Source: Escherichia coli (lineage in GTDB: Bacteria; Pseudomonadota; Gammaproteobacteria; Enterobacterales; Enterobacteriaceae). From it: a DNA stretch of 64,000 bases. Under the pieces are notes generated by a model that had not been told where the DNA came from, did no database searches, and was given only the letters and a program-made list of their open reading frames with translations. The translations under genes and the position numbers were made by a program. Location: assembly GCF_003991155.1 (NCBI RefSeq), contig NZ_CP031293.1; one strand, 5' to 3'. Of this stretch, positions 1 through 10,929 are shown one piece after another (positions within the stretch are counted from its first letter, which is position 1; the number at the start of each line of letters is the position of its first letter).

Positions 1-483
1 ATGCAGTGGGTGATGAACGCTTTTGAAAGCGCGGTGAAGAGTATTGCAATGGTGATTCTGATCATCGGTGCGGGTGGCGTGCTGAAGCAGACCATCATCG
101 ACACCGGCATTGGCGACACCATCGGCATGTTGATGTCCCACGGCAATATCTCGCCCTACATCATGGCATGGCTGATCACTGTGCTAATTCGTCTGGCGAC
201 GGGTCAGGGTGTCGTTTCGGCGATGACCGCCGCCGGGATTATCAGTGCTGCAATCCTTGATCCAGCAACCGGTCAGCTGGTTGGCGTGAATCCGGCGCTG
301 CTGGTGCTGGCGACGGCTGCGGGTTCCAACACCCTCACCCACATTAATGATGCCTCATTCTGGCTGTTCAAAGGTTACTTTGACCTGTCGGTAAAAGACA
401 CGTTGAAAACCTGGGGACTGCTGGAGCTGGTCAACTCCGTGGTTGGGCTGATTATTGTGTTGATTATTAGCATGGTAGCGTAA
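1..483 (+). CDS. gntP: GntP-family gluconate permease, C-terminal fragment (5' end lies outside window)
   Basis: ORF runs to window start; C-terminus is paralogous to the IdnT C-terminus in this window (shared ...[14 protein letters not shown]...TLxTW... motif); convergent with fimH as in K-12. Confidence 0.8.
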
Positions 484-540
484 AAGAACACCGGAGCCTG
501 CCAATGGCAGGCTCTGACTGATGACAAAGTCTAAAAATGT

Positions 541-590
541 GCCCGGCCAGTCCCCTCGCCCCTCCGGGGAGAGGGTTAGGGTGAGGGGAA
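541..590. repeat. REP-like palindromic element (CCCCTC...GGGGAGAGGGTTAGGGTGAGGGG)
   Basis: GC-rich imperfect palindrome in gntP-fimH intergenic region; same motif family seen at 41.57 kb and 45.67 kb. Confidence 0.6.
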
Positions 591-725
591 CAGACCAGCA
601 AAGTGCGCTTTGTTTATGCCAGATGCGACGCTGACGCGTCTTATCTGGCCTACAAAGGGCTAACGTGCAGGTTTTTAGCTTCAGGTAATATTGCGTACCA
701 GCATTAGCAATGTCCTGTGATTTCT

Positions 726-1628
726 TTATTGATAAACAAAAGTCACGCCAATAATCGATTGCACATTCCCTGCAGTCACCTGCCCTCCGGTACGTGCGTA
801 ATTTGCCGTTAATCCCAGACTTACCGCCGAAGTCCCTACTGCTCCTAACGATACCGTGTTATTCGCTGGAATAATCGTACCGTTGCGCGTCAACTGTACG
901 CCGACGCCCTGCGCGGGTGAAAACGAGGCGGTATTGGTGAAAATCGAGTTGCCCGCATCTGCGGTTGTGCCGGAGAGGTAATACCCCAGGTTTTGGCTTT
1001 TCGCACAATAAACGGTAAGAGGAATCGGCACTGAACCAGGGTAGTCCGGCAGAGTAACGGTGACATCACGAGCAGAAACATCGCAGCCGCCAGTGGGCAC
1101 CACCACATCATTATTGGCGTAAATATTCCACACAAACTGAAAATCATCGCTGTTATAGTTGTTGGTCTGTCGCAAAATAAGCACGGCCATTAATGAACCA
1201 GCTTTAATCGCCACCCCGCCAGCACTGCTCACAGGCGTCAAATAAAGCGCCACCGGCCACGGCTTATCCGTTCTCGAATTATAAACAACGCGCGGCGTTT
1301 CACTGGTGGTAGGAAATGGATAGCTACTACCACTATATTTTACGGTCCCGGAAAAATTAGATAACACGCCGCCATAAGCCGAGCCTCGTTGCAGTGTGAC
1401 ATAGTCTGTAATGGTTTCCGGATAATCGTTATGGCAAAAGATTTGCGTCGAAAGATCTACGACCAGGTTTTGCCCCACATTCACGGCAGGCGCAAGGTTT
1501 ACATAAACATTGGCGCTGCCACCGCCAATAGGGATAGCTGTACCATTGGCGGTTTTACAGGCGAATGACCAGGCATTTACCGACCAGCCCATCAGCAGTA
1601 CAGCAAACAGGGTAATAACTCGTTTCAT
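726..1628 (-). CDS. fimH: type 1 fimbrial adhesin FimH (mannose-binding)
   Basis: ORF 726..1637; signal peptide MKRVITLFAVLLMGWSVNAWSFACKTANG; start trimmed to the ATG giving 300 aa; last gene of fim cluster. Confidence 0.95.
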   Translation of the reverse strand: MKRVITLFAVLLMGWSVNAWSFACKTANGTAIPIGGGSANVYVNLAPAVNVGQNLVVDLSTQIFCHNDYPETITDYVTLQRGSAYGGVLSNFSGTVKYSGSSYPFPTTSETPRVVYNSRTDKPWPVALYLTPVSSAGGVAIKAGSLMAVLILRQTNNYNSDDFQFVWNIYANNDVVVPTGGCDVSARDVTVTLPDYPGSVPIPLTVYCAKSQNLGYYLSGTTADAGNSIFTNTASFSPAQGVGVQLTRNGTIIPANNTVSLGAVGTSAVSLGLTANYARTGGQVTAGNVQSIIGVTFVYQ

Positions 1629-1647
1629 TACAATCATCTCTTCGGGT

Positions 1648-2151
1648 TCAGCTGTAGGTATAGGTGATGCTAATCACTGCCTGAATGGTTCCCTGAGTGG
1701 CTCCACCATTTACGGTCAATGCTCTGACCTGTAACGGGAAGTGCGCTGATTGTGAGGAATCATCCACCTGAACTGTTTTGGTTGCGCCAGTATTCAATGT
1801 GTTGCCACTGTCATCCTGTAGCTCTAACTGGATGTTTTGCGCGGTCCCCTGATTTTTATAATATCCGGTACTGTCGGCTGCCCCGCTGAAGCTGGCAGTG
1901 ACCCTCGACGTTCCCACCGGACAATTAGTCAACTCAAGCGCAACATCATGCCAGGCCGATGCCGCCCCGGCAGACATAAGACTGAAAGAATAAAGATCGC
2001 CGAGATCAACCGTGGCATTGGTGGTGGAAACCGTGCACGGTTTGGCGACGACCTTACCGTTCACCGTGATGGTGACATCGGCTGCCTGTATCGTCGCACT
2101 TGCGAGCGCCAATATTGCCGCCAATAAATACCCACGTTTGCGCCATTTCAT
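1648..2151 (-). CDS. fimG: type 1 fimbrial minor subunit FimG
   Basis: ORF 1648..2157; signal peptide and pilin-like C-terminus; position between fimF and fimH. Confidence 0.9.
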   Translation of the reverse strand: MKWRKRGYLLAAILALASATIQAADVTITVNGKVVAKPCTVSTTNATVDLGDLYSFSLMSAGAASAWHDVALELTNCPVGTSRVTASFSGAADSTGYYKNQGTAQNIQLELQDDSGNTLNTGATKTVQVDDSSQSAHFPLQVRALTVNGGATQGTIQAVISITYTYS

Positions 2152-2163
2152 GAGCATCTCCAG

Positions 2164-2694
2164 TTACTGATATTCAAGAGTGAAGGTAGCCGTGGCATTA
2201 ATATGCCCCGCAGTGACAGGCACCTGTGTCGCCATTAGCCGGGCGTAAAAATTCAACGTATTTGGTTTACCCGGCGTCAGGGTCGTCCACGAAAGCGCGG
2301 ACGATGGGGCATTAAGGGGTATCTCATTTTGCTGCTCATTCAGAAGCTGTATTCCCAGTCCCGCAGCCGCTGACACCGTATTTTCAAGTGCAAGCAGGTT
2401 GGCATTGTGGCTATCTGCAACGCCGGTAAACCCAACCTTTACGGCAGAAACAGCGTTACCACAGGGTGACAGCAAAATACGAAATGGAACGACAGGAGTC
2501 GTCGCGCCAATGTTGTTAAATTGCTTCGCCGCGTTTTCCATCAGATCAACAGTAAAATTGGTTGATTCAGCGGCCACACTACAGCCGTTATCTCTGACAT
2601 AGCCGCGGATAGTAATCGTGCTATCCGCAGCCAAAGCGTGACTTACCGCCAGCCACAAAAAAGCGCACAGAAGATAAAAAGGTTTGTTTCTCAT
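2164..2694 (-). CDS. fimF: type 1 fimbrial minor subunit FimF
   Basis: ORF 2164..2697; signal peptide, pilin fold C-terminal ...TFTLEYQ; synteny. Confidence 0.9.
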   Translation of the reverse strand: MRNKPFYLLCAFLWLAVSHALAADSTITIRGYVRDNGCSVAAESTNFTVDLMENAAKQFNNIGATTPVVPFRILLSPCGNAVSAVKVGFTGVADSHNANLLALENTVSAAAGLGIQLLNEQQNEIPLNAPSSALSWTTLTPGKPNTLNFYARLMATQVPVTAGHINATATFTLEYQ

Positions 2695-2703
2695 CACGCC
2701 CCC

Positions 2704-5340
2704 TTAACGACATTCAGCTGATAGCTGGGTTAATAACTGCTGCTGACTCTCTGGTGGCAGTTGATAATTGGCGACACAGTGAGCATTTTCCTCTTCTCCC
2801 CATTTCACCTGAACTTTTCCCGCTAAAGGCATTCCGCTGAGGTAAACCTGACCATTATCCGCAACAATGCCGCTACTCTGGCTACTCTCTGATGTCACCA
2901 TCGCCCCAAACGGCAGCGGCTTATTATTGTGGGTCAGCGTCATGAGCAGTTTTATCCCAACGCGCGCTTTAAACTCTGCTCGCACGATCGCCCCACGGGT
3001 GGGAACAACGTTAGCGACCGCGTTATCTAAATCGACGTTATCAGCCAGGGTATTGGTATCCAGCGCTACTCTGTTTTCCCGATATTCAGTGGCATAAGGC
3101 AGCACGGCATAACCGCGCCAGTCGGTACGCACCCCCGTCTGGTTTTCGACTTTTGCATCTTTTGCGCCAGGCGCTTTAACAAGCACCACCGTATCGTTTA
3201 ACGGCTGCCCCAGCGTTACGCCATTGGCATGAGCCAGTACCCCACCGCTGACTCCGTAATAGAGCTGCTTAATATCATCGCTATGGCTGTAACCGATGTT
3301 GGCATTGCCGTAACCACCGCGATAATTCAGCGTGGCGTAGCCTGTACTTCCGCTATTACCATCGCCTCCCCCGGCATAGCCGGTTTGCACGCTATAGCTG
3401 AGGTTGTTGTCTGCCAGCAACGTACCGTATACACCGGCCAGATTGGTCATCCGACCGTTGAGATCGTGTGACATGCTGTAGCTGGCACTGGCATGTCGCC
3501 ACTGAGATTTACTGTCAGAACGCAGCCAGTGGCTGAAAGGAATATTGACGTTAAGCGCTAACATCTGATCCCGTCCTTTTTGCCAGGCGTTTTTCGTCAG
3601 GCTATAGCTGAGCGTCCAGTTAATATCTTCGAACGCAGTATTTAATCCAGCCTGGAATTGCTCATCGACATTACTCGTTCCCCAATAAGTTTGATGGCTA
3701 CCACTCAAATACAGTGTTGATGTGCGCCCGAGTTGCTGAGTAACGGTGAGTTGTAATTTCCCGCGTTTGTTATAAGCGAGATTGTAATAGTCGGTGAATT
3801 TCGGCTTAACCTGAATAACTCCGTCCTGTGTTTCGATGTTGTAGCCATTCATTCGACTGTATGTTGTATCAGCGAAATTAAAATATCCGCTGGTCGAATA
3901 ACGGTAACCCACTAACTGAATATTCGTGCCTGACTCATTGAGCGATTTGTTATAGAGAAAACGCACCGATTGTCCATCATGCTGACTGTCATCGGGAAGT
4001 GTGGAATTAGCCTGCGTCATATCCACAGACAGAGCGCCCAGTGCCCCCATGTTTTTCCCGATACCGAAATTAAACGCACGATAACGATCCGCCAGTTGCG
4101 TTCCACCATATATTGTCCAGCCAGCCGGAAGGCCGTGGAGTAATGTACTCTGGAAAAAGCGGGGTTTTTCCTGTTGCGCATTTCCACTACGGTATTCTCC
4201 TGCCGTAATGGAATAACGAGTATGCCCTTCACGTTGCAAAAGCGGGACTGACGAATAGGGTACGGTAAAAATCTGCGTGCTGCCGTCAGCCTCTTTGATC
4301 GTTACCTGCAAGTCACCACTATTACCTGCGGCATAGATATCGTTGATGGTAAAAGGCCCCGGTGGCACCGTACTATTATAAATGTCATACCCATTTTGTT
4401 TAATAGTGACCTGTGCAGTACCACGAGCAATACCGTGGATCACCGGGGCAAATCCTCTTTGGCTATCGGGTAACATATTGTCATCTGAGGCCAATTGTGC
4501 GCCGCGAAAGTTAATACCATCGAAAATATCGCCCTGAGTATAACCATCACCCAGCGTCAGCCGGGAACGTAACGGTATTATGTCTCGCTCAAGCCAGGTA
4601 TTGATATGCTGCCATTTATTTTTGCTACCTGATGAACTGTCGCTACTGTTATAACTCCAGGTGGTATTGTCGCGTAAACGCCACGCACCAATATTTAACC
4701 CACTCTGTAGGTTTAAATATGCATAATGGCTGTTACCCCCAATTCGATTCTGTACACTATTTCCGCTGAAATTATAATTGAGCAATCCGGCATTAATACC
4801 GGGATCCCATAACTCAGGAGGAATATAACCACGCGCGCGATTACTCATAAATGCCTGAGGGATCGTCAGGTTGAGTCGCTGCTGACCCACATCCAGTTGC
4901 GCAGTAGCGTCATGTATCATTGAGGTTAATGGCACGCAGGCATCATCCGCCAGCAGATTCATACCGGAGACAGAAGCCGTATTCAGCCCCATACTGGCAA
5001 GTTGCGCGCGTGTCAGGCAGGGAACAATCCCTTGTTCGCTGTCGCCCGTATTAAATGTGACATCACGCGTTGCCATATAACCATTATTCAAATAGATATC
5101 GACACGATACGTCCCTGGCGGTAATTCTTGCCCATTTTCAAAACGCGATAAATCAGCCACAGCCTGGGGATCATCCGCTAAAAAACGCGGGTTAAAATAG
5201 AGTTCGGCAGATGACAAAGGTGCCTGTGCGGTAAAAGCACAGGCAACAAAGAGCCGGACAAAAAAACCAGCCAAACGATGCTTACGAATATGCAAGCACT
5301 GTGTGTTTCGCTGGTAAAGTCTTAAATTCAGATATGACAT
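2704..5340 (-). CDS. fimD: outer-membrane usher FimD
   Basis: 878-aa ORF, usher family; between fimC and fimF. Confidence 0.95.
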   Translation of the reverse strand: MSYLNLRLYQRNTQCLHIRKHRLAGFFVRLFVACAFTAQAPLSSAELYFNPRFLADDPQAVADLSRFENGQELPPGTYRVDIYLNNGYMATRDVTFNTGDSEQGIVPCLTRAQLASMGLNTASVSGMNLLADDACVPLTSMIHDATAQLDVGQQRLNLTIPQAFMSNRARGYIPPELWDPGINAGLLNYNFSGNSVQNRIGGNSHYAYLNLQSGLNIGAWRLRDNTTWSYNSSDSSSGSKNKWQHINTWLERDIIPLRSRLTLGDGYTQGDIFDGINFRGAQLASDDNMLPDSQRGFAPVIHGIARGTAQVTIKQNGYDIYNSTVPPGPFTINDIYAAGNSGDLQVTIKEADGSTQIFTVPYSSVPLLQREGHTRYSITAGEYRSGNAQQEKPRFFQSTLLHGLPAGWTIYGGTQLADRYRAFNFGIGKNMGALGALSVDMTQANSTLPDDSQHDGQSVRFLYNKSLNESGTNIQLVGYRYSTSGYFNFADTTYSRMNGYNIETQDGVIQVKPKFTDYYNLAYNKRGKLQLTVTQQLGRTSTLYLSGSHQTYWGTSNVDEQFQAGLNTAFEDINWTLSYSLTKNAWQKGRDQMLALNVNIPFSHWLRSDSKSQWRHASASYSMSHDLNGRMTNLAGVYGTLLADNNLSYSVQTGYAGGGDGNSGSTGYATLNYRGGYGNANIGYSHSDDIKQLYYGVSGGVLAHANGVTLGQPLNDTVVLVKAPGAKDAKVENQTGVRTDWRGYAVLPYATEYRENRVALDTNTLADNVDLDNAVANVVPTRGAIVRAEFKARVGIKLLMTLTHNNKPLPFGAMVTSESSQSSGIVADNGQVYLSGMPLAGKVQVKWGEEENAHCVANYQLPPESQQQLLTQLSAECR

Positions 5341-5405
5341 TATTCCTCCGGTTTAAATCACCCGGCAGTCAATTCTTTTTATTCAGGCGAAAAAATCCCC
5401 CTGCG

Positions 5406-6131
5406 TTATTCCATTACGCCCGTCATTTTGGGGGTAAGTGCGCCATAATCATTTATTGTTCGGTAAGTAATATTGCTTCCTGCATCAGAAGGCAATTTAA
5501 CCGTGCTTTCGCCCATTGGAGGCACCAATGCATTTTCAAGAACCCGAGTTCCGGCATTCAACTCTGTTACCGTCAGGTAATAGGGTGTCGGGTTAATCAG
5601 CATCAGAGAATTCGCGCTACGACGAAATCTTAATTTTTCTGCGGCCTGATCGGGTGGCAACGCTAATTTAGCCGGACGATAGTACAGTTTAATGCGGCTG
5701 ATAATTGCGAGCTGTAGCGTATTCTCAGTCAATTTTGATTTATCCATTGACGGAATCGCTTTAACATTCATCCAGAATAAACTTTCCCGATCCTGTGGCA
5801 ATTGGTTATTTGTTGCATCAAGAATACGCAAGGTATTCTCTTTTTTTCCCTTCATCGCAAACAGAGGTGGCGTCACGATAAAACGGCCATCCTTTACACC
5901 ATCGGCATTTTCTACCCATGATTGAATTAAATAGGTGCTATTTTCATCATTATTTGTCACGGCAAGTTGCACTTGTTTTTGCCCTGCCGGATAAATTACG
6001 CGAGTCGCACCTAAGGCCACTCCCGCTTCAGCGCGTCCGGCAACCATCATTGCCATGAACATCAGGATACCTGCCAGCAAGCAGAATGTTATTTCCTGCG
6101 ATTTCCTTACATTGACGTTTTTATTACTCAC
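5406..6131 (-). CDS. fimC: periplasmic pilus chaperone FimC
   Basis: 241-aa ORF with signal peptide; PapD-like chaperone; synteny. Confidence 0.95.
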   Translation of the reverse strand: MSNKNVNVRKSQEITFCLLAGILMFMAMMVAGRAEAGVALGATRVIYPAGQKQVQLAVTNNDENSTYLIQSWVENADGVKDGRFIVTPPLFAMKGKKENTLRILDATNNQLPQDRESLFWMNVKAIPSMDKSKLTENTLQLAIISRIKLYYRPAKLALPPDQAAEKLRFRRSANSLMLINPTPYYLTVTELNAGTRVLENALVPPMGESTVKLPSDAGSNITYRTINDYGALTPKMTGVME

Positions 6132-6167
6132 TGTCCTGTTCCTGTTATCACATTATCTGCTGAACAA

Positions 6168-6707
6168 TTACTGATAGGTTAAAGAGAACCAGGCCTGGGC
6201 ATTGGCGATGCCGCCAGTAACCCGACGCCCGGTAGCACGATATTTGGCGATGAAATGTAGCGAAGTAGAGCCTGAGTAAAGCCGTTTCCAGTTTGCTGGA
6301 GGACGGTTAATCGGTACGAGGTTTCCTTCATCATCAAACAACGCTACGCCAATATTGGTGGCTATCCCTGGCCCCTCTCCCACGGAAAGCACATCCGGAT
6401 TTTTACCATCCGCGACACCGTGAAACGCCACACCCACACGTTCACTCACCACCGTGCTACATTCCCGTAAATGAATAACAAAAGGCACCGGTGCGCTATC
6501 TTCCCCTACCGCATGAAACCGGTTACTGCTGATTTGCCCCATATTGACCGTCATTTGTTTATCACCGGCTTCAATCCGGCAAGCTTCCGCAATAATGACG
6601 CCCTGAAATTGCATATTTCCGCCGGGCAGCGTGGTATTCCATTTATTTCCGGCCAGAGCAAACATTGGCAGCAACGACGCTAACAGAAATAATCTCTTCC
6701 TTTTCAT
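6168..6707 (-). CDS. fimI: fimbrial protein FimI
   Basis: ORF 6168..6839; start trimmed to internal ATG ([19 protein letters not shown], 179 aa) preceding a signal peptide; pilin-like C-terminus ...FSLTYQ. Confidence 0.85.
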   Translation of the reverse strand: MKRKRLFLLASLLPMFALAGNKWNTTLPGGNMQFQGVIIAEACRIEAGDKQMTVNMGQISSNRFHAVGEDSAPVPFVIHLRECSTVVSERVGVAFHGVADGKNPDVLSVGEGPGIATNIGVALFDDEGNLVPINRPPANWKRLYSGSTSLHFIAKYRATGRRVTGGIANAQAWFSLTYQ

Positions 6708-6771
6708 CGTTATTTTTATCGCACAAGGGTGGGCATCCCTGCCCGTAATGACGTCCCTGAACCTGGGTAGG

Positions 6772-7320
6772 TTATTGATACTGAACCTTGAAGGTCGCAT
6801 CCGCATTAGCAGCACCCGGGGTTGCGACACCGGTTGCATAATAACGCGCCTGGAACGGAATGGTGTTAGTACCGTTATTCAGGGTTGTTTGCTCACTGAA
6901 TGTCGCACCGTCCAGCGTCAGCGCAGCACCCGTTCTGTCCAGGATCTGCACACCAACGTTTGTTGCACTACCTGCAGCAGAACTCTGCAGAGCCAGAACG
7001 TTGGTATGAGTCGCATCAATCGCCGTACCTAAAAAGGCAACAGCGGCTTTTGATGCAACATTGGTATCGCAATCATTCAGCTGAATGTTAAAACCGACAG
7101 CAGAACTGGTTGCTCCGTCCTGTGCCAGCGATGCGGTACGAACCTGTCCTAACTGAACGGTTTGATCAACAGAGCCTGCATCAACTGCGCAAGCGGCGTT
7201 AACAACTTCCCCTTTAAAGTGAACGGTCCCACCATTAACCGTCGTGGCAGCGGCCAGAGCCGCTGTAGAACTGAGGGACAGAGCCGACAGAACAACGATT
7301 GCCAGAGTTTTAATTTTCAT
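6772..7320 (-). CDS. fimA: major type 1 fimbrial subunit FimA
   Basis: 182-aa [26 protein letters not shown] signal peptide, C-terminal ...FKVQYQ; immediately downstream of the fim switch. Confidence 0.95.
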   Translation of the reverse strand: MKIKTLAIVVLSALSLSSTAALAAATTVNGGTVHFKGEVVNAACAVDAGSVDQTVQLGQVRTASLAQDGATSSAVGFNIQLNDCDTNVASKAAVAFLGTAIDATHTNVLALQSSAAGSATNVGVQILDRTGAALTLDGATFSEQTTLNNGTNTIPFQARYYATGVATPGAANADATFKVQYQ

Positions 7321-7439
7321 GCTGCTTTCCTTTAAAAAAACTATTTCTAAATCGACATGGGCAGTCGTTCTGTACGCTTTGTTTTGTCAACGAGTTTGAC
7401 TGCCAACACTGCACAGTTTCCCCCCAAAAGATGAAACAT

Positions 7440-7753
7440 TTGGGGCCATTTTGACTCATAGAGGAAAGCATCGCGCACAAACTTTTTCAGTTTATTTGTT
7501 GGCTTAATGTTCTATAGTTATCTTTATTTGCAGTTTTTTATATTGCATGAGGTGGTTTTTGGAGAGAAGAATGAGGAAGTTGCGTCGAGCTACAGAAACG
7601 TTAGCTTTACATATAGCGGAGGTGATGTGAAATTAATTTACAAGAGAAATAATTTACATATCAAACAGTTAGATGATTTTTGTCGTTTTTTAATATTTTT
7701 ATGCTTGAGAAAAAATACGTAACTTATTTATGATATAGACAGTTTGGCCCCAA
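7440..7753. promoter_or_regulatory. fimS: fimS invertible phase-variation switch (314 bp) flanked by 9-bp inverted repeats TTGGGGCCA (7440-7448) and TGGCCCCAA (7745-7753); contains the fimA promoter
   Basis: Exact inverted repeats 314 bp apart between fimE and fimA; sigma70-like TTGAGA (7705-7710) and TATGAT (7729-7734) lie at the fimE-proximal end on the + strand. Confidence 0.85.
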
Positions 7754-7800
7754 TTGTCTTGTATTTATTTGTTTTTTAACTTTATTATCAATAAGTTAAA

Positions 7801-8397
7801 TCAAACTTCTTCTCTTTTTAATTTTTCGTTTATGAGATTATTTCTTTCCCATAATCCGGCAAAACGAGCAGCATTACTGGCGGTATAACGCACTGTATGG
7901 CGAATATTTCGATGCCCGAGATAATCCTGAATTAAACGGGTATCTGCACCACGCTCCGCCAGTTCATAACCGCAAGCATGCCTTAACATATGAGGATGAG
8001 TCTGCGTTACGGTTCCAGCTTCAATACCTGCATCACGAATAATGCGATAGGCCTGCTGGCGAGAAAGCCGACTCCCGCGGCGAGAAATAAATATAGCGTC
8101 GGTCCGGTCAGCGCCTTTCCAGTTAGCACGTTCCAGGGTCCAGCGTTCCACGGCTTCACGCTCATCAAAACGTAACGGGTGAACGGTAGAAAATCCGTTC
8201 TTCAGTCGGCGAATATTTATTCGACCTTCATTAAGGTCAAGATCCTGATAATGCAGATCAAGCAGTTCACTAATACGCATCCCATGCCGATATGCCAACA
8301 GAATAAGACAATAATCTCTGGCTCCCGTTGCCCCGTAACAAACCGCCTGCATCATGGCCTGAACTTCTTTACCGGTAAGATAACGACGTTTACTCAC
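7801..8397 (-). CDS. fimE: tyrosine recombinase FimE (switch ON-to-OFF)
   Basis: 198-aa ORF; C-terminal HxxR...Y recombinase motifs (HMLRHACGYELA...LIQDYLGHRNIRHTVRYT); adjacent to fimS. Confidence 0.95.
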   Translation of the reverse strand: MSKRRYLTGKEVQAMMQAVCYGATGARDYCLILLAYRHGMRISELLDLHYQDLDLNEGRINIRRLKNGFSTVHPLRFDEREAVERWTLERANWKGADRTDAIFISRRGSRLSRQQAYRIIRDAGIEAGTVTQTHPHMLRHACGYELAERGADTRLIQDYLGHRNIRHTVRYTASNAARFAGLWERNNLINEKLKREEV

Positions 8398-8874
8398 AAT
8401 AGTAGTACTCCTAACTGAGATATATTTGAATGAATACCTATAGGAAACCTCAATCGGTCAAAATTAGCCCAATAGATAAAAAGATAACCACACACGAAGT
8501 GATGTGGCTATCAGTCAATTACATTAAATATCATACAAAAATAAAATATCACCGATGTGACAACATCTATTTTCATTGATTTGATTCAATATAACAATAG
8601 ATTGCAGAGGATTAACTTCCAGTTGCTTAAAAAATAAAGAAAAAAGTGTGGAAACAGGAGAATTTAAGTGATGTGTAAATTTATGAATGATTTTGTTTAT
8701 TTATTTTGAAGAACATAAACCATTGGATTTTGTATGGGTATGGTTAACTTAATGTTTATTATGATAATTAAGAATTACACTTACAATAACATCAATTAAT
8801 AAATGGTTAATCATTTTTGATATATCGTAAGAATAATGTAGTTTTTAACACCATCCATGGTATCTCAACTATCT

Positions 8875-9477
8875 CTATAAAACAGCGTGACGCTGTCGTC
8901 CTCTGGCTCTATCCCAGATGCCGTAAAAACGCCCTGCATTGCTGGCGGTATACCAGACAGTATGACGAATATTGCGATGCCCAAGATAATCCTGGATAAG
9001 TCGCGTATCTATTCCCATATTCGCCAAAGCAAAACCACACGAATGGCGTAACATGTGCGGATGAATCTCCAGTGACAACCCGGCATTACCACCAGAAGTC
9101 GAGATAATATGGTAAAACTGTTGCCGAGAAAGCGGATTCCCCTTACGTGATAAAAATACCCACTCGCTCTCAGAATGCGGATAAGAAGTACGGATACTCA
9201 ACCAGTTTTTTAAAGCCTGAACTTCTTTGTTCAATAGCGGGTGCGTTGTTGAAAAGCCTTTTTTTAATCGATGGATATATATACACTTTGCCTTAAGATC
9301 AATATCCGAAATCCTCAATCGGCAAATTTCACTCGCCCGGAAACCATGAATAAAACAAAGCAAAGTCAGACAATAATTACGTGCAGCATGAGGCCCGGTA
9401 TTTGCTGCTTTAAGGAGTGATTCGATTTCACTATGGGTAAGGAAGTTCCTTTTTTTGTTATCAGCCTTATTCTTCAT
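8875..9477 (-). CDS. fimB: tyrosine recombinase FimB (bidirectional switch)
   Basis: 200-aa ORF, paralogue of FimE (HMLRHSCGFALA...LIQDYLGHRNIRHTVWYT). Confidence 0.95.
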   Translation of the reverse strand: MKNKADNKKRNFLTHSEIESLLKAANTGPHAARNYCLTLLCFIHGFRASEICRLRISDIDLKAKCIYIHRLKKGFSTTHPLLNKEVQALKNWLSIRTSYPHSESEWVFLSRKGNPLSRQQFYHIISTSGGNAGLSLEIHPHMLRHSCGFALANMGIDTRLIQDYLGHRNIRHTVWYTASNAGRFYGIWDRARGRQRHAVL

Positions 9478-10490
9478 CGTTTTCCCTTATAATTACAGAC
9501 GCGCACTAGCTGTGCTGGGTTAGCAATAATCCAACATTTTAATCCTGATTATGTTTATAAAAGCGAACGTTTGCTTAATAACTAACGTAAGTGGACCAGT
9601 TCTTCTGAGCGAACTTAAATGGAGTAGCGATAGTTACTTATAATAACTTTGCCATACAAACGCCATGCTCTTGCATGCTATGTACCTTTATATATTTATC
9701 AATCTGATACGAATCTAATAATAACCCTCATCATTAATGCAACTAATCTTATCTATATATCATGTGATATGTTCTGTAACAAGTAAAATCAACATAAAAA
9801 ATTCAGCAAAATTTAATATTCGTTCAACTAGCCGTCTCACATATGACATTATTAGTCAACTGCATTTGCCACAAAATGGCTATTTCATGGAACGCAGTTA
9901 TTTCTTAGTGGCTATTATCATGCTAATTCTTAGGTCCCTAGCGATTATTCCTGCCTGGTTCATCAGCTTACGCCATGAGATTGTTACATTCCTTTTTATC
10001 CTGGAGATATGGGGGAACGCAGGCGACGCTTTTTCATCTACATCCGTTGGTAAATATGGCTTTGGTCACTACGACTTAAACCTTCCTCAATCACAGCTAT
10101 TCGCCGGGCGATACGGCAAACAAACTAAGTGAAACATCATCCTGAAAACACTAACATCAACAAGCCTCTCCAGATCGACATCAGGAGTGACCAGTTACAA
10201 GCCACAAACCAAGAAACATATTTCATGATGAGAATTATGCTCAGCCTGATGGCGGGTAAACACTTATTTTCACCAAGCTCACTGAGTTAGCTTGCAAAGC
10301 TTCCTTTGTTTAGATTCTAAATAAATTATTTATAAAACAAATAGTTAAAAGAAAGCCTTTAGTTTTTGAAGACCACCTCAAGTGTTCGTCTGGCTTCACA
10401 TGTCATCTTCCTCTTAGAAAAAGATCGACATATTTTGTGACACGAATTGCAAATCTGGTTTTGTTGTATGGATTGCGTGATTTTTGATCT

Positions 10491-10513
10491 GGTATAACAG
10501 GTATAAAGGTGCA
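10491..10513. promoter_or_regulatory. putative NanR operator (GGTATA-type repeats: GGTATAACAGGTATAAAGGTGCA) in the fimB-nanC intergenic region
   Basis: Tandem GGTATA hexamers seen in sequence; NanR is known to bind such repeats upstream of nanC and fimB. Confidence 0.5.
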
Positions 10514-10929
10514 CCACGATAGTCAATGAGACTGGGCATCTCGTAATCTATGGCAAACATCACTTCAGTTCTTTCTCATCGGGTGATGAAAACGCACTTC
10601 AGTCAGAAAGGAATATGAAAATGAGATCAACAGACACTCTATTTTATGACTCTGGGTAAAATGAATTGAGTAAGTGATATAGCTTACGAACATTCAAATC
10701 AATTAAACATCAGAATAGATTTTATACTCAGGTATTTAATCTGGCTCTCTGTTTATTTAAATAATGTGGAAAGAGAATTTTCACAGGAGACCTTATACAA
10801 AAAATATAAAATACAGCTACTCGTTGCCAAAGACACTATAAGCCTGGCAAAAAATATTACACAACATAAATGCTAATTGTTTATGCGGGCTTTGTATTGC
10901 TTTCTGTATCCTACAAATGAGTGAAATTT

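Noticed and set aside
494-513. Hairpin AGCCTGCC-AATG-GCAGGCT after gntP as an intrinsic terminator
   Set aside because: Good stem but no downstream U-tract; left unannotated as too uncertain
7507-7722. 71-aa ORF inside the fimS invertible element
   Set aside because: Lies wholly within the 314-bp switch and overlaps the fimA promoter; coding potential would flip with phase and there is no RBS
9737-10132. 131-aa + strand ORF in the fimB-nanC intergenic region
   Set aside because: AT-rich, no RBS, low-complexity hydrophobic sequence; this ~1.4-kb region is a regulatory intergenic region carrying NanR/NagC-type sites, not a coding gene
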